Positions 14,790 through 28,159 of a stretch of DNA of 64,000 nucleotides are shown here, one piece after another (the first letter of the stretch is position 1; each line of letters opens with the position of its first letter). The notes beneath the pieces are model-generated. The model did not search any database and was not told the origin of the DNA. It saw only the letters and a program-made list of their open reading frames with translations. This DNA is from Octopus vulgaris (lineage: Eukaryota): contig OX597819.1 in assembly GCA_951406725.2 (NCBI GenBank), positions 55,118,001 through 55,182,000 on the forward strand, given 5' to 3'. Position numbers and translations under genes: made by a program.

Positions 14790-14945
14790 AGGGGAGAATT
14801 CACAAAAAATCAAAGACGAAGACAGGTGGTGTAGACAACAAACAGATGTGAAAAAGTCTTTAACGTTTCGAGCCTACGCTCTTCCTCAGAAAGGAACACA
14901 AAAAGAAACAAGGAGAGAAAATAATGTGTTGTGGCTAGCGATCAA
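14790..14945 (-). mobile_element. Penelope-type terminal-repeat fragment with hammerhead-like motif
   Basis: Abuts (TA)n; homologous to 60782-61045; minus strand 14893-14858 reads CTTT-CTGAGGA-A-GAGC-GTAG-GCTC-GAAAC-GTT-AAAG. Confidence 0.65.
14858..14893 (-). ncRNA. Minimal type I hammerhead ribozyme-like motif (extra A after CUGANGA)
   Basis: Stem I CUUU/AAAG, core CUGAGGA and GAAA, stem II GAGC/GCUC, loopless palindromic stem III (AACGUU). Confidence 0.55.
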
Positions 14946-16418
14946 TATATACATGTCAATATGTCATGTGAGATAATAGTTTCTCTTTTAATAATTTCAC
15001 TATTAATAGTGAAACTAGTATCTCATATTACAATAAAGACGTTATTGTTTCACTTTTGACGCGAAATACCGAAACGGTCTAAGAGAATGCTCAGGACTCT
15101 AAGTAGTGTATGTGTAAAATTTGGATGAAATCTGTTGGGTAGTTCTCGGGGTTTAGTGATGCACACATACATGCAGACAGACAGCACATATTCTCAGGTA
15201 TATATATATATTCACACACATATGTAAACACACATACATTAGCAGAATTAGAAGTGTTTTTGTCCTTGACACAAACACTCCTAATTCTTTGACCTCATCA
15301 GCTAAGCGCAGACATCACCATATCTGCCAAAGTAATGATGAAAAAATCACTAAATAAATGAACGATATTGTACAATGTTTGGCTTAAAAACACGGACAAA
15401 TAGATTCTGTTAATTCTTTCCCATCCTTTGTAGCACCCGAGGAAATATCCTGGTGACCAGACTGCCAACTTCAAGTGGTCCACGTGCATATTTTATTTTT
15501 CACTCCTCTTTTGAAGAATGTGAAGTGGTTATTTCCAGTTGTGGTTATTTTGGTCCTCTTTGGAAACAATCATTCTGTTTTAGTAAACTCAAAACACTTC
15601 CTTTTTGATTACCAAATATTTTCACTTTTGTTTGCCCTCTTGTATAACGACGATTAACTTCCAGTCGGAAATCTGTATGTGAAGATATTTTTCATGTTTA
15701 TGTTTTATTGCGAAGGCAATGTGGGTGACCTTCTCGACCAAAATAATCTAGAATTAGAAAATGAAACTTCTGTAAATAAAGAGCAGAAAGAACTTTAAAA
15801 ATCGTCTCAAAGTAAATGCCATCATACATGTTTACATACTTTATATAATTCAATGAAACTTAAATCGCATCTTAACAATGAACTTTACATACATGTATAA
15901 ATGAAATAAACAAACTCGAAAAGAATCAAATGTAAGTCGTTCATTTCTTTAAATATCAAAGCAGTTTTCCCTTTAAATAAATACATAAAACATCATTATA
16001 TCACCAAATTATTGCAATTCATAAGATTCCATTACAACACCTAAGTGTCCACAATACATAAAACTTCATTACAACGCCTAAGTATCCACAAGTAGGCTGG
16101 TTATTGCATTCAAATGGAAAGAAAGAAAAGAAGGGCTTTTACTTATATTGGGTTCAAAATTTTGGCACAAGACCAATAATTTCGGAGGAGAGTGTAAATC
16201 GATTACATTGACCCCACCCCAGTGCTCAACAAGTACCTATTTCATCGACTCCGAGAAGATGAAATAGAAAGTTGACCTCAGCGTAATTTGAACCCAGAAC
16301 GTAAAGCTAGAAGAAACGCTGCTAAGCATTTTGCCCGGCATGCTAACGATTCTGCCAGCTCGTCGCCTTGGATTTCACTAATATTTTCGTGTTTGTTGCC
16401 TAACTAAACTCGTTACTT

Positions 16419-16589
16419 TTTACTCTTTTACTTGTTTCAGTCATTTGACCCCAGGACTTATTCTTTGTAAGCCTAGTACTTATTCTATCGGTCTCTTTTG
16501 CCGAATCGCTAAGTTACAGGGACATAAACACACCAACATCAGTTGTCAAGCGATGTTGCAGCGACAAACACAGACACACAAACATACAC

Positions 16590-16645
<56 letters not shown>

Positions 16646-16802
16646 GACGGGCTTCTTTCAGTTTCCGTGTACCAAATCCACTGACAAGGCTTTGGTCGCC
16701 CCGAGACTATAGTAGAAGACACTTACCCAAGGCGCCACAGTGGGACTGAACCCGGAACCATGTGGTTCGTAAGCAAGCTACTTACCACAGAGCCACTCCT
16801 AC
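16419..16802 (-). mobile_element. SINE family B (small internal deletion); degenerate family A copy adjacent at about 16145-16370
   Basis: Sequence match to the other family B copies. Confidence 0.85.
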
Positions 16803-19800
16803 GTCTTTTTCACTTTTGTGAAAATTCAAATATAATTAGTAAAGTGGCAATCTTGATTAGGACTAATGTAGCCAAGTAATTATTCTATGCAGATGAAGAG
16901 GAATAACCCAGAAGCCATTGGTACACAGATTTTGCTTTGAGTAGTTAGTTAGTTAGTTAATTATTTGGCTCATACCAGTTCCCTTGTTCGAAAATATAAG
17001 GACACAGTTAGTGCATCGATAGCCAGCTAGAGACGATGTTTTCATGGGGCTAGATAACAGCAACATTGGTTTTAATCAGGACTGCCACTTTGCGTTGGTA
17101 AATATACTTTACTCTATGGTACTGTTGCTGCATGTTTCTCGTTCAAAGATTTAGATCAAATATAATTGTTCTCTTCAATGATGTTTCTGAGACGACAACT
17201 ATCTTCGTTAGTTGCGGGATCAAGAAATGGTACAAGTACCATTGGTTACTTTGAAAATTAGGTCGTAATGGCTTATACATTGAAGTAAATAGAAGACACA
17301 CATTATCACCAATTAACTAGTTTGGGAAATATTTCAAAGACACGAGAAGCATTTTTTTAATTTTTCATGAAACATACCTACAAAGTAAGATACGTTCTTA
17401 GTAATATCAAGATTTGTGATAAACGCCGTAATAAACCGTTTTACTCGCTGTAAACCGATTCTGTGTCTCTGTCGAAACGATTTTATTTTGTCAATTGTTT
17501 TTTATGGAAATGTATAAACGTTATAACATCCGGAAATATTTTCAGGACTCATACATTTTTAAGAAACCACCAAGACGAAGTAGAATAATCATGTTCTTTA
17601 CAAAGCAGTTTTTATCAACTGATAAATTTTATATCATAAAGCAAAAAAAAAAAACCCAAACCAATCTCTAGTGTAGCGTTTATATTTCCTATCAGCAATA
17701 CAACGCTTTAGAAATTGCTGGTTAAATTTCAACACTACTTAAAAAAATATCTTACAGCATTAGTCAATCGACTTCTTTCCACCTACAAAGATTATTCATT
17801 TTTAAGAACGCTATTAAAGCAGCTTAAATAAACGATCTTCTGTTATAAGTTGTTTTCCCCTTCAGAATCATAAACATGCCGAAATGCGAAAAAGAGAACT
17901 GCAATCATAACCAATGCCATTCTCTAATCAATTCGCAATGTGAGTGATTATCTATTTTATTCTGATATTCATACGAAACAAATATAAAGAAACCAAATAA
18001 TTTCCTTATCTGGAACAGTACTAAATGTTCGAGTTTCTCATCCCCTTCGAAGGTTTCATCTATTTACTATGCTAACAGAAAATAGATTTCTTTGTTTTAA
18101 ACCATTAGATCACAATAAAAGTGGAAAAGATATACCATTCTTATTTTAACACTTAATATATCTTATCCAAGAAAGAGGTTTGTGTGTGAGAAGCTTTCGT
18201 CAGCTAAATTTAATGATTTAAAAAAGCAATTATGACTCCTTGACAAGAAATTCAAACTCACACTTCACAGATATGTGTGTGTGTGTTTGTGTTTGTTTGG
18301 TTGCTATTATATAGCTCTTCATTATCAGTTTGGTAGCCCAAGGGAACATGAAGGGCCTAGTGGTTAGGACGTTGCACTCACGATCTTACAATTACGGTTT
18401 CGATTCTCGGGCCAGGGGATGCGTTGTACTCTTCAGCAGGGAGCATCATTTCAAGTTGCTCTAGTTTACCCAGCTGTAAACGAGTTGCAGTAATAACTAG
18501 GAAAGTTAAACGTGGAATAGACCGACGTCCCGTTCAAAGGTGAGGGGTGTTGTAGTGTCTGCCACAAATACGCCGTAGAAATAGGGTTAATCTCCGGCTT
18601 CAAGAGTTCATGGACTCGTGATAGAACTAAACTTAACCAAAAAGCGTTGCTCAAAGCCATTACTTTTTGCTGTTCCACAAAGATATGTCGACATCCTTTT
18701 TTGCCACTTTTATGCTAAAATCAATATAAAATTATATAGTTGTTATGCACTAGAACCTGGAGAGAGAGAGACAGGTCGATAGTTACGACTGGCCTTCAGT
18801 TTTCTGTATTTATTTGCTATTTATATCAGTTACATTTTGTAAGCTCTTTATCCGTCAATGTTTTCTTATCTTGCTAATTAAATAAAGGAGATCGACAAAA
18901 TATTTCGGATATTTTTAATTTGTGTTGGGATGTTGGTGGATATGCAATTAGGATAAGTAGTGTGAAATTACTCTTAAAATGCCTGTAACAAGAAACATTT
19001 GTTTTATAAAAGAGGTGCTATGTGAAATATGTACGAAGCTATTGCGGCCTTTAAGAGACAGCGTTCAACGGGATATTACAGAAAAGAAATGATAATGAAA
19101 TCTTTATATTCACGAATAAATTGATAATCGTCTTCAGCGAAAATTCGTTAAATGTGGTCTCCTCACTTCAGTGTCAGTCAAAAAAAAGGAGAGGCGGGGG
19201 GAGAAAGAGGTGGAGTTGTTTTAGTCCTGAAATGTTCAACTTCAACAGCTAAAATTTCTTATCAAACTTTACCGCTCATTCTGACTTAACTGTCATCAAA
19301 TGTTCGTTTTTTAACCCTAGGGAGGAGGGCTTTTTCTTTTGCTTTTTATGTCATTTCACCAGCTGTCAAGTTTCTTGTTTCAAAGTTGAACATGTTTCTT
19401 CGCATAAAGAAAGAGTATATACATACATGACATACATGTGTGTGTATGTGTGTGAGAGGGTAGGGGTATTTTGTTCCACTTCTTTCTCGATAGAAGAGGT
19501 AGTTTTATCTTCTACTTGTCCGAACGTATATAAAGTTACGCTCCTTTTCTTTTATATAAATTTTGTACCTGCTGACTTCATACTGCTTCATTATACCAGT
19601 CCACATTCACTTGACATTCCTGTAACTTCTTCGCTCGCTCGAAATGAGTTTCACTATTTTTTATGATAAAGGGTTCTCAACTATTCCTTTATAAATAACA
19701 GCTATAGTATCTGGTCAGATGACAACAGAGGAATATAGTGATCTATTTTCAATATCATTGTCAATAAAGAACAAATATCTAATCAAAGATGAACCTTTGA

Positions 19801-19991
19801 TATTTGGTTTATTATCTTAACATAATAAAAGAGGCTTCGTAGACATAAATAACTTAATTCATTTCATGCCATCCCGCCTGTAACCGCGCTTGGTTCTGTG
19901 CGGCAAACTTCATATTTTAAAATGTTATAAGTTAAATCCTCACATCAAAATTTCGCTAGTTTTTGTTTACCATACTTTTGTTTACTTTATA

Positions 19992-20372
19992 GGTGCAGGA
20001 ACGGCTGTGTGGTAAGTAGCTTGCTTACCAACCACATGGTTCTGGGTTCAGTCCCACTGCGTGGCACCTTGGGTAAGTATCTTCTACTATAGCCTCGGGC
20101 CAACCAAAGCCGTGAGTGGATTTGGTAGACGGAAACTGAAAGAAGCCCGTCGTATATGTGTGTGTGTGTGTGTTTGTGTTTGTCCTCCCAACATTGCTTG
20201 ACAACCGATGCTGGTGTGTTTACGTCCTCGTCACTTAGCGGTTCGGCAAGAGAGACCGATAGAATAAGTGCTAGGCTTACAAAGAATAAGTCCTGTGGTC
20301 GATTTGCTCGACTAAAGGCGGTGCTCCAGCATGGCCACAGTCAAATGACTGAAACAAATAAAAGAATAAAAG
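19992..20372 (+). mobile_element. SINE family B, full length
   Basis: GGCTGTGTGGTAAGTAGCTTGC head, GGTTCAGTCCC B-box, internal (TG)n, conserved 3' module. Confidence 0.85.
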
Positions 20373-21412
20373 AATATACTCCTTATAGGAAATGCCTTTA
20401 AAAGATACTTGCTAATTCACGAGGACGGCATTTCAAACGCCCGAGGTTAACGTTATTCAGGAAGTTTAATGTTATTGTTATTACTGCTGCTGCTGCTGCT
20501 GCTGTTTCTGCCGCTGTTGCTGCTGCAAAGACCAATTGCTGTAGATTCTTCGGAGTCAATCGATCAGTTACAAACAGCAGCCAAAACTCACCTAAATAAT
20601 ATATTACCATTTTGAGATAGCAAGATAGAGAGGGGAGAGAAAGAAGAGAGAAAGAAAGAGAGAAACAGAGAGAGAGAGAGAAAGTTCTCAAACTAAAGGG
20701 ATGCAGGACAGCATTTCAAGGGGTGTGACAAAGAAGGAGATCTCTTTTCGGAATAGAATTATCAACTAACTCCAGACTGATGACGAGCAAGACTCAGAAT
20801 CTAGTCTCTGGATGCAGGCTTAGCTGGATGTGGGTGCTTATCTCCCCCTTGTAAACATAGGGACACAGGAAATGTGTCAAGGCCGACAGGAAGCGTTGAT
20901 ACTTCCTAGGGCTAAATAGCGGTGGTGTGATTCCCTTTATGGGACTGTCACGTTAAGCTGACAGCATACAACTGCTCTATCGTACCACAACTGCTTATAT
21001 CTCTCTGAGATATTTAGAAATTTAATATTTCTATTTCTTACAACTCTAATCTTCCACTAAGTATTTCCAAAACTTTATTATTCAACAAATGCAGTTAGAT
21101 TTTAACTCTTCGAAGCTTGTGACTAAGAACTGTATCGTCATTCCATTTACAATGAATTGATAAGCTTGTGTGAATCTGGATTCAGTTCTTTCTGACAATG
21201 AAGACAAACATCTAGAAATCACTTGAATCTACAAACTGACCTGCAGATTGCAAGCAGCAACAAATTCTAAATTTTCATAAGGTCATGAACGAGAAGCAGG
21301 AGTAAAGAAGCAATTTATGGGAAAAGTTTGTTAGTTCGTGGCTGTTGTTGCTTTTTTTCGCCCACAGTAATATATGTGAGTCATTTAAATAATAATAATA
21401 ATAATAATAATA

Positions 21413-21622
21413 ATTCTTTCTATTATAGGCACAAGGCTTGAAATTTTCGGGGAGGGGACTAATCGATTAGATCGACTCCAGTGACCAACTGGTACTTAAT
21501 TTATTGACGCCGGAAGTATGAAAACAAAGTCGACCTCAGTGGAATTTGAACTCAGGAAGTAAATCCAAAAGAAATACCACTGAGCATTTATTCCGGCGCG
21601 ATAACGGTTCTGCCAGCTCGCT
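21413..21622 (-). mobile_element. SINE family A, divergent copy
   Basis: Family A layout with private substitutions (GACGCCGGAAGTATG, CAGGAAGTAAA) shared with 25286-25436. Confidence 0.75.
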
Positions 21623-21636
21623 AATAATATAACAAA

Positions 21637-22003
21637 CTAGACTACGCGTGACCCGTTGGGTTACCGTGAAGCTCTGAGTTTCCCAGCAACGCAGTGTTGT
21701 TTCGTGGGTTTTTCGCATGCTTTCAACGAATGTGACATCGAGAGGTTACAGTTTCTTCCCTTTCAGGATGAAGTTAAATTCGGAACATTTTCCCATTACA
21801 CACCGTTTTGGGTATTTATACCCCCAAACCCCGAATATCTCAATAACTATTGCTCCTATTTACGCGAAACTTGTTTCATTCCGTTCGTATTAACATTTTA
21901 GAGTAAACTTAATTCATAATATTTTCCCATTATGCTCTAGTTTGGTTGGGTAACATTGCAAGCAAGCAAGCATGATTCAAACTGACTTTTAATGTATTAT
22001 AGA
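21637..22003 (-). mobile_element. Non-autonomous Helitron-like element
   Basis: On the minus strand: host A | TCTATAATAC... hairpin (GTGACCC-GTT-GGGTTAC at 21648-21664) ...CTAG | host T; no TSD; (GCAA)n near the 5' end. Confidence 0.7.
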
Positions 22004-22258
22004 TTTGTCATTAAGAAATTGATGTTTCGTCATTAAATGTGATGTAACTTTCGAAGGGGGGAAAATATTCATCAATGTATAGAGGTATAGGAAATAGGGG
22101 TGTAGGGAATAGAAGTGTAGGGCTGAAAAACATAAAATTAGATAATGCAAGATATCATTAGAAAGACGAAATGGTTATAACTGGAATGCTTTTGATCATA
22201 AGGTCTGTTTGATCAGAATTGACCTGAAGTTAACCAACAATAATAAAATATCAGCACG

Positions 22259-22325
<67 letters not shown>

Positions 22326-22690
22326 GATGACGACCACGACGACCACCACCACCACCACTATTAGTACCACGGCCACTGTCACCACCGCCATCACAAGCAC
22401 GACGATGTCAGTCACCACTACCAGCACTACAAGCCCAGCCACAACCACCATTAGTACCATGGCGACGACGACCACCATCACCACCACCCATCAGCTCGGT
22501 TTACGCTGCATCACTTCAATGTCAAGTTTTGTTTTAATTTCATTAATTTTAATTGTTTTTCTTTCTTTCTTCCTTCCTTTCTTTCTTTCTTTCTTTCTTT
22601 CTTCCTTTCTTTCTTTCTTCTCTTCCTTTTGGACATGACATGCTTGTTAGTTAAATTTGATAAACGGAAATTGTGCAGGAACCTGTCGTA

Positions 22691-22721
<31 letters not shown>

Positions 22722-22752
22722 CATACATACATACATACATACATACATACAT

Positions 22753-23957
22753 TATGGTTGCCCCCTCGTTATCGAGTATGGCCATTGCACGAAGCTTAAC
22801 TGTTACTGGTGCTGTGATCGAATGTGACTTTTTAGCCCAGCTAAAGAACTACAATGTCTTGTACAGAATTGGCAACTAAAACCTTTACCGGTAATAGCCG
22901 GCTGTAGTTGTAACTGGGCTTCATGTACCTTTGCATGTCGTTTAAGTCCTCTTGTCGAATTACAATCTCTTCCACATGCCCGACAGATATGATAAGTATG
23001 GTGTGTTACACCACCACCAGTGGCCAGGTTGTCACTCATCTGTCTCGCTTTATGACTACGAAGATGACTCTTGAGTCCAGCTATACTGAGGCAGGGTCTT
23101 GCACAGACACTGCATGTCAGCATCATAGGAAGACCCTTCCCATCTGGAAGTGTAACAGCGATGCCCTTCCTGACATCCCTCTTTACTTTCTCATGTGCAA
23201 CTCGAGATTTCTCAAAAGTGGCTGTCCTTTCGTGCACAATCCTTCTCCACCTGCTACGATCAATAGCTATGCCTTCCTATGTGTCAGGAGAGATGCAAGC
23301 ATCTCTTAAGGAAGCCTTCAGCAAGTCCTTATACCTCTTTTTTGGTTTATGTGGAGGTCGTTCTCCTTTAGCTAACTCTCCATTAAAGAGTTGTTTTGGC
23401 ATCCTTGAATCCTTCATCCTGACCAGATGACCACTCCATCTGAGCCTTTGCTTTAACACAAGAGCTTCTATACTTTCACACCGAGAGCCTTACAATATTT
23501 CAAGATCACTGATGCAGTCCTTCCACTTAATGCCATAGATCCGTCTGAGACACATCTGATGGAAACGTTCCAGTTGTTTAAGGTGGTATCGATATGTGAC
23601 CCACGTCTCGCAGGCATAGAGAAGAGAAGGGAACACACATGCCTTGTACACCTTTACCTTTGTCTTTTTGCATATGTCTCGCCGACTCCAGAGGCGCTTT
23701 TCTAGCCTTCCGAAAGCAACACTTGCTTTCCTAATTCTATATGGAATTTCATCATCCAAATTGCTATATATATTTTTTGTGTTTCCCAGGTAGACAAACT
23801 GATCAACTACATCAAGTCGTTTACCATCCACATAGATATTTGGTACACTATACTGCTTACCAGGGGCAGATTGATGCATGACAACAGTTTTCTTGAGATT
23901 GACTGTCAATCCTAAGGCAGTGCAAGCATCAGAAAATGCATTCAAAATGAATGCCAT
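22753..23957 (-). mobile_element. 5'-truncated RTE-clade LINE (RT C-terminal/thumb region + three C2H2 zinc fingers); single frame with two premature stops
   Basis: ORFs 23490-24080, 23277-23459 and 22803-23237 are in the same frame: GLTVNLKKT..FVYLG..LLYACETW..LRWSGHLVRM..PKQLFNGEL, then CSVC..HLRSH, CRAC..HAKVH, CQFC..HIRSQH; short 3' UTR with hairpin CTCGATAACGAG; (CATA)n on both sides. Confidence 0.9.
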
Positions 23958-25005
23958 CATACATACATACATACATACATACATACATACATACATACAC
24001 ACACACATACATACACACATACACATATACATACATACATATACCCACACACATACATACTTATATATATATACATACATACAGTTGTACGTACATACGT
24101 ATGTATGTATGTATGTATGTATGTATGTATGTATGTATGTATGTATGTATGTATGTATGTATGCATGTATGTATGTAATACCACAGGTTCTTGCGCAAGT
24201 CGACTCACAGGGTAAGCAGAAAGAACTATTTGTACCATCGGTACATTTTTCATGATGAATAATCTGTTTCTTTTTTTTTTTTTTTTTTTTGGCACCTTAG
24301 TGCTCAACTCGAACTGGAAAGGATGAAAGGCAAAGTCGACCTCGGCAGAATTTGAACTCAGAACGTAGAGCACCGGAAGGAATGAATGCTGGTAAGTATT
24401 TTGTCCAACGCGCTAACGATCTTGCCGGCTCTCTGTCCTATTCGTAGTAACTGATGAATAAGCGGCGCAGTTTTATCGAGCGAGTTGTATTGGATTTATT
24501 TATCCTTTACTCGAAAAGAAATAAAGTAATCTATGAGTTCCAGCTTTCAAGGGGAGAAGCAAAATCTCTGGAGATGTTGTTTCAGTGAGAAGCAGATAAT
24601 TTTTGTGCGTGTGTGTGAGTGTGTGCAAACGTGTATTGTTACAGTTTTGAGAAAAGAAAATAAAAAGCTAGGAGAATTAACGTGGCCGTCCAGTTGCAAG
24701 GAAAAGATGTGCGAGATAAAGTGAACGAAACGCTTGAAGAACGTTGAAATATGCTTTCTTCTCCGAAATACGAACAAGAATGGGAAGGAAGATCTGCTGG
24801 AGAGGAAAAGAGAGAAGAGGAGGAAGAGAAAGTCGGGGATGGAGAAGAAGAGAAAAGGGAAGAGAGAAATAATGAAAGAGCGAGTATATCGCCGTAAAGA
24901 AGAACGCCCACATGGTCGTTAGACCTGTAAAAAATAGCTGCCGAATATTCCTAAAAATCGCACATTACAGTCTAAAACAGGGAGAATATATTTATCAACA
25001 TAATC

Positions 25006-25244
25006 CAGTGGTTCTCAACCACTTTTTACCTATGGACCCCATTGACTCGGATTAGACCTTCATAGCCAATCAATGTTTAAAAAAATCATATATTTTTATA
25101 ATTAAATATTAAGAATTGCATTTAAAATCTTGTTAAAATATTTTATGTATTGTCGAAGTATAACCAATTTATTGCACATAAATTTTAACAAAATCTTATA
25201 TGGACCCACAAAAGGTCATGTAGATCCCCATCTGAGAACCACTA
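25006..25244. mobile_element. hAT-type MITE
   Basis: TIRs CAGTGGTTCTCA / TGAGAACCACT(A); 8-bp TSD ACATAATC (24998-25005) vs ACATATTC (25245-25252), 7/8 match. Confidence 0.75.
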
Positions 25245-25436
25245 ACATATTCTAACATGTACATAAAAAGCTATGCCATCTCTGTTTCGGGGAGGGGGCT
25301 AATCGATTAGATCGACTCCAGTGATCAACTGGTACTGAATTTATTGACGCCGGAAGTATGAAAGTAAAGTCGACCTCAGTGGAATTTGAACTCAGGAAGT
25401 AAAGCCAGAAGAAATGCCATTGAGCATTTATTCCGG

Positions 25437-25850
25437 TGGCGAGCTGGCAGAAACGTTAGCATGCCGGGCGAAATGCTAAGCGGTATTTCGTTTGCCATTA
25501 CGTTCTGAGTTCAAATTCCGCCGAGGTCGACTTTGCCTTTCATCCTTTCGGAGTCAATAAATTAAGTACCAGTTACGCACTGGGGTCGATGTAATCGACT
25601 TAATCCGTTTGTCTGTCCTTGTTTGTCCTCTCTATGTTTAGCATCTTGTGGGCAGTAAAGAAATAGGTATTTCATCTGCCGATACGTTCTGAGTTTAAAT
25701 TCCGCTGAGGTCGACTTTGCCTTTCATCCTTTCGGGGTCGATAAATTAAGTACCAGTCACGCACTGGGGATCGATGTAATCGACTTAATCCGTTTGTCTG
25801 TCCTTGTTTGTCCCCTCTATGTTTAACCCCTTATAGGCAATTAAGAAATA
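25437..25850 (+). mobile_element. SINE family A dimer, head-to-head with a divergent family A copy at 25286-25436(-)
   Basis: Head TGGCGAGCTGGCAGAAACGTTAGC, two tandem units, junction AAGAAATAGGTATTTC at about 25658-25673. Confidence 0.85.
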
Positions 25851-26476
25851 AAAAAAGCTACGTCATATCTGAAATACCTTTGATCATACGTCTGCTCGAA
25901 GAAGGTTGACCAGGGGTTAAACAAACACGACAATATACCTTCTTTATGTTTCACGATTCACGTCGGTTCAAATAATAATTTTCTATGCAAAGAGCGTCAC
26001 CACGTGTCTTCACTCTGTCTTTATCAAATATAAATTTTAACTGATTAACAAAAATTGTCCCTTTACATTAAGTATGTTTTTCCACCCCACCCCTACTTAA
26101 CTGTGAGTTCTTTAGATCGAAAGCGTCTTTGAGAAAATTTCTCATTCATTCTGATTTGTTTAATCAATTAATCAGCTTTAAAAATGCCAAGACTGGAGCC
26201 CCTAAGTAGTCGTTTGACCTGCAAAAATAGCGACCAAATCCTTCTCAAATATGTAACAGATAAGCTCATTTCTTTCAGTTTTGAAAATTCTTATCTTACA
26301 TGTAAATAAAAAATATTTTGTTCAAACGTTTTTCTTCACAAGCAAACTGGCGTCCTTTTCTCCAAATTTTTGAAAAGAAGACGCAATTCATTGTCATTCA
26401 CTGATTTCTGCAAACCGCTAACAAACCAATTATTACTAATTTTGTTGTAGCTGTTGTTGTTGTTGTTATTATTATT

Positions 26477-27638
26477 CAGTAGTTTTATTTTTATTTTTTT
26501 AGCGTGCTTTCACTTCACTACCGAGCGCAGCTCTGTGTGCCTTGGGTATGTGCTGTGATTTGTTGTGATGCTCTCATGGTTATTCTATGGAAAGTGTTCT
26601 GCGTAGGATGTGTGCAGTGCCTAGTAGTGCAATTTTCTGTATGTTATATGTGTTTGTAAGTCCTGGTGTTTTTGTTATGTATTTGTCTGAATATTTTTTT
26701 ATCATGCCTAATGCACCTACTATGATAGGAATTGTTTCTGTTTTCAGATTCCACATTCTAGTTACCTCTATTTCCAGGTCTTTGTATTTTGAGAGTTTCT
26801 CCATTTCTTTTAGAGACACGTTGTCATCTGCCGGTACTGATACATCAATTAGAAAGCATTTTTTTTCTTCATGGTCTCTGACAACTATATCTGGTCTGTT
26901 GGCCTTAATTTCTCTATCTGTGTGTATCGGCATATCCCAGAGTATGGTTGCTTTCTCGTTTTCTGTGACCTTTTCTGGTGTGTGCCTATACCATCTTTTT
27001 TCTGTTGTTATTCCATAATGTTGGCATAGCTTCCAATGTATGTAAGTTCCAACTCTGTCATGTCTGTGAATATATTCCTTCTTAGCCAGGACTGGGCAGC
27101 TAGAGATAATATGATTTATTGTTTCTTGTCCATCTCCACATATTCTGCAGTTACTTGTAATATTTCTTTTCATTACATGTTTTTGGTAATTTCTGGTGGG
27201 GAGGTTTTGGTCTTGTAGCTGCAATTAAAAATCCCTCTGTTTCTGCTTTGAGTCCTGAGCTTCTCAACCATTGCTGGGATTTTTCTTTGTCTATTTCTTT
27301 TGCGTTTAGTTTAGTCCAGTATTTACCATGAAGGGGTTTTTCTTGCCATCGTTTTATCATGGTTCTTTGCTGTTCTATTTTTAGTTTGGATTTCATTTTT
27401 TTTATAGCTTTTGTTGTTTCTTCATCTTCTTCTTCTTCTTCATGTTTATTAGGTGGTATGATTTCTTGTTTGTATTTGTCAGCCTCCTTAAATACTGAGA
27501 ACAGTTTTTTGTTTTGCTCGTGTTTTGCCGCTATCTGGATCAGTTTTCCTTCCTTCTGAAGTAGATATTTTTGCAGTCCTATGGTGGTTATTTTATAGTA
27601 GTTTTCCAGCTGTATAAGGCCTCTACCACCTTCTATTC
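26477..27638 (-). mobile_element. 5'-truncated R4/Dong-like non-LTR retrotransposon (end of RT region, CCHC knuckle, restriction-like endonuclease); one frameshift near 27215
   Basis: Reads RIEGGRGLIQLE..WQEKPLHGKY..AETEGFLIAA / QDQ..CRICGDGQETINHIISSC..RHDRV..NRPDIVV..IDVSVP..EKLSKYKDL..IPIIVGALG; (TAT)n at both ends (26466-26476 and 27639-27717). Confidence 0.9.
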
Positions 27639-27647
27639 TTATTATTC

Positions 27648-27717
<70 letters not shown>

Positions 27718-28159
27718 GTGCTTTCTTCTAAATATACGGTATTCAATTTCACCTATGAAATTTGATTTCTATCTTTTAAATGCAGAAATAATCTCTTCAA
27801 TCACTTCAATTAATCATTCCACATTTGTTCAAACGACAATCTTTTGACGAAATCCCTTCACTACGGACACACGCGGACACACGGACACACGCGGACGCAC
27901 GGACACCCACATTAACACATTAGCTCACTCACGTACATACGTTCCGGTACATATCATTTATTGTTTACTTGTTTCATTCTTTACACTACGGCGATGCTGG
28001 AGCACCACCCTGAAGTGTTTAGTCGAACAACTCGACCTCAGTACTTTTTTTTATCTAAGCCTTGTACTTATTCTTTCAGTCTCGTTCTGTCGAACCACTA
28101 ATTTACGGGGATACAAACACACCAACACCGGTGATAACAAGGACAAATACAAACACAAA

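Noticed and set aside
22803-23237. Stand-alone C2H2 zinc-finger gene
   Set aside because: In frame with RTE reverse-transcriptase sequence and followed by a LINE 3' end; no TGEKP linkers.
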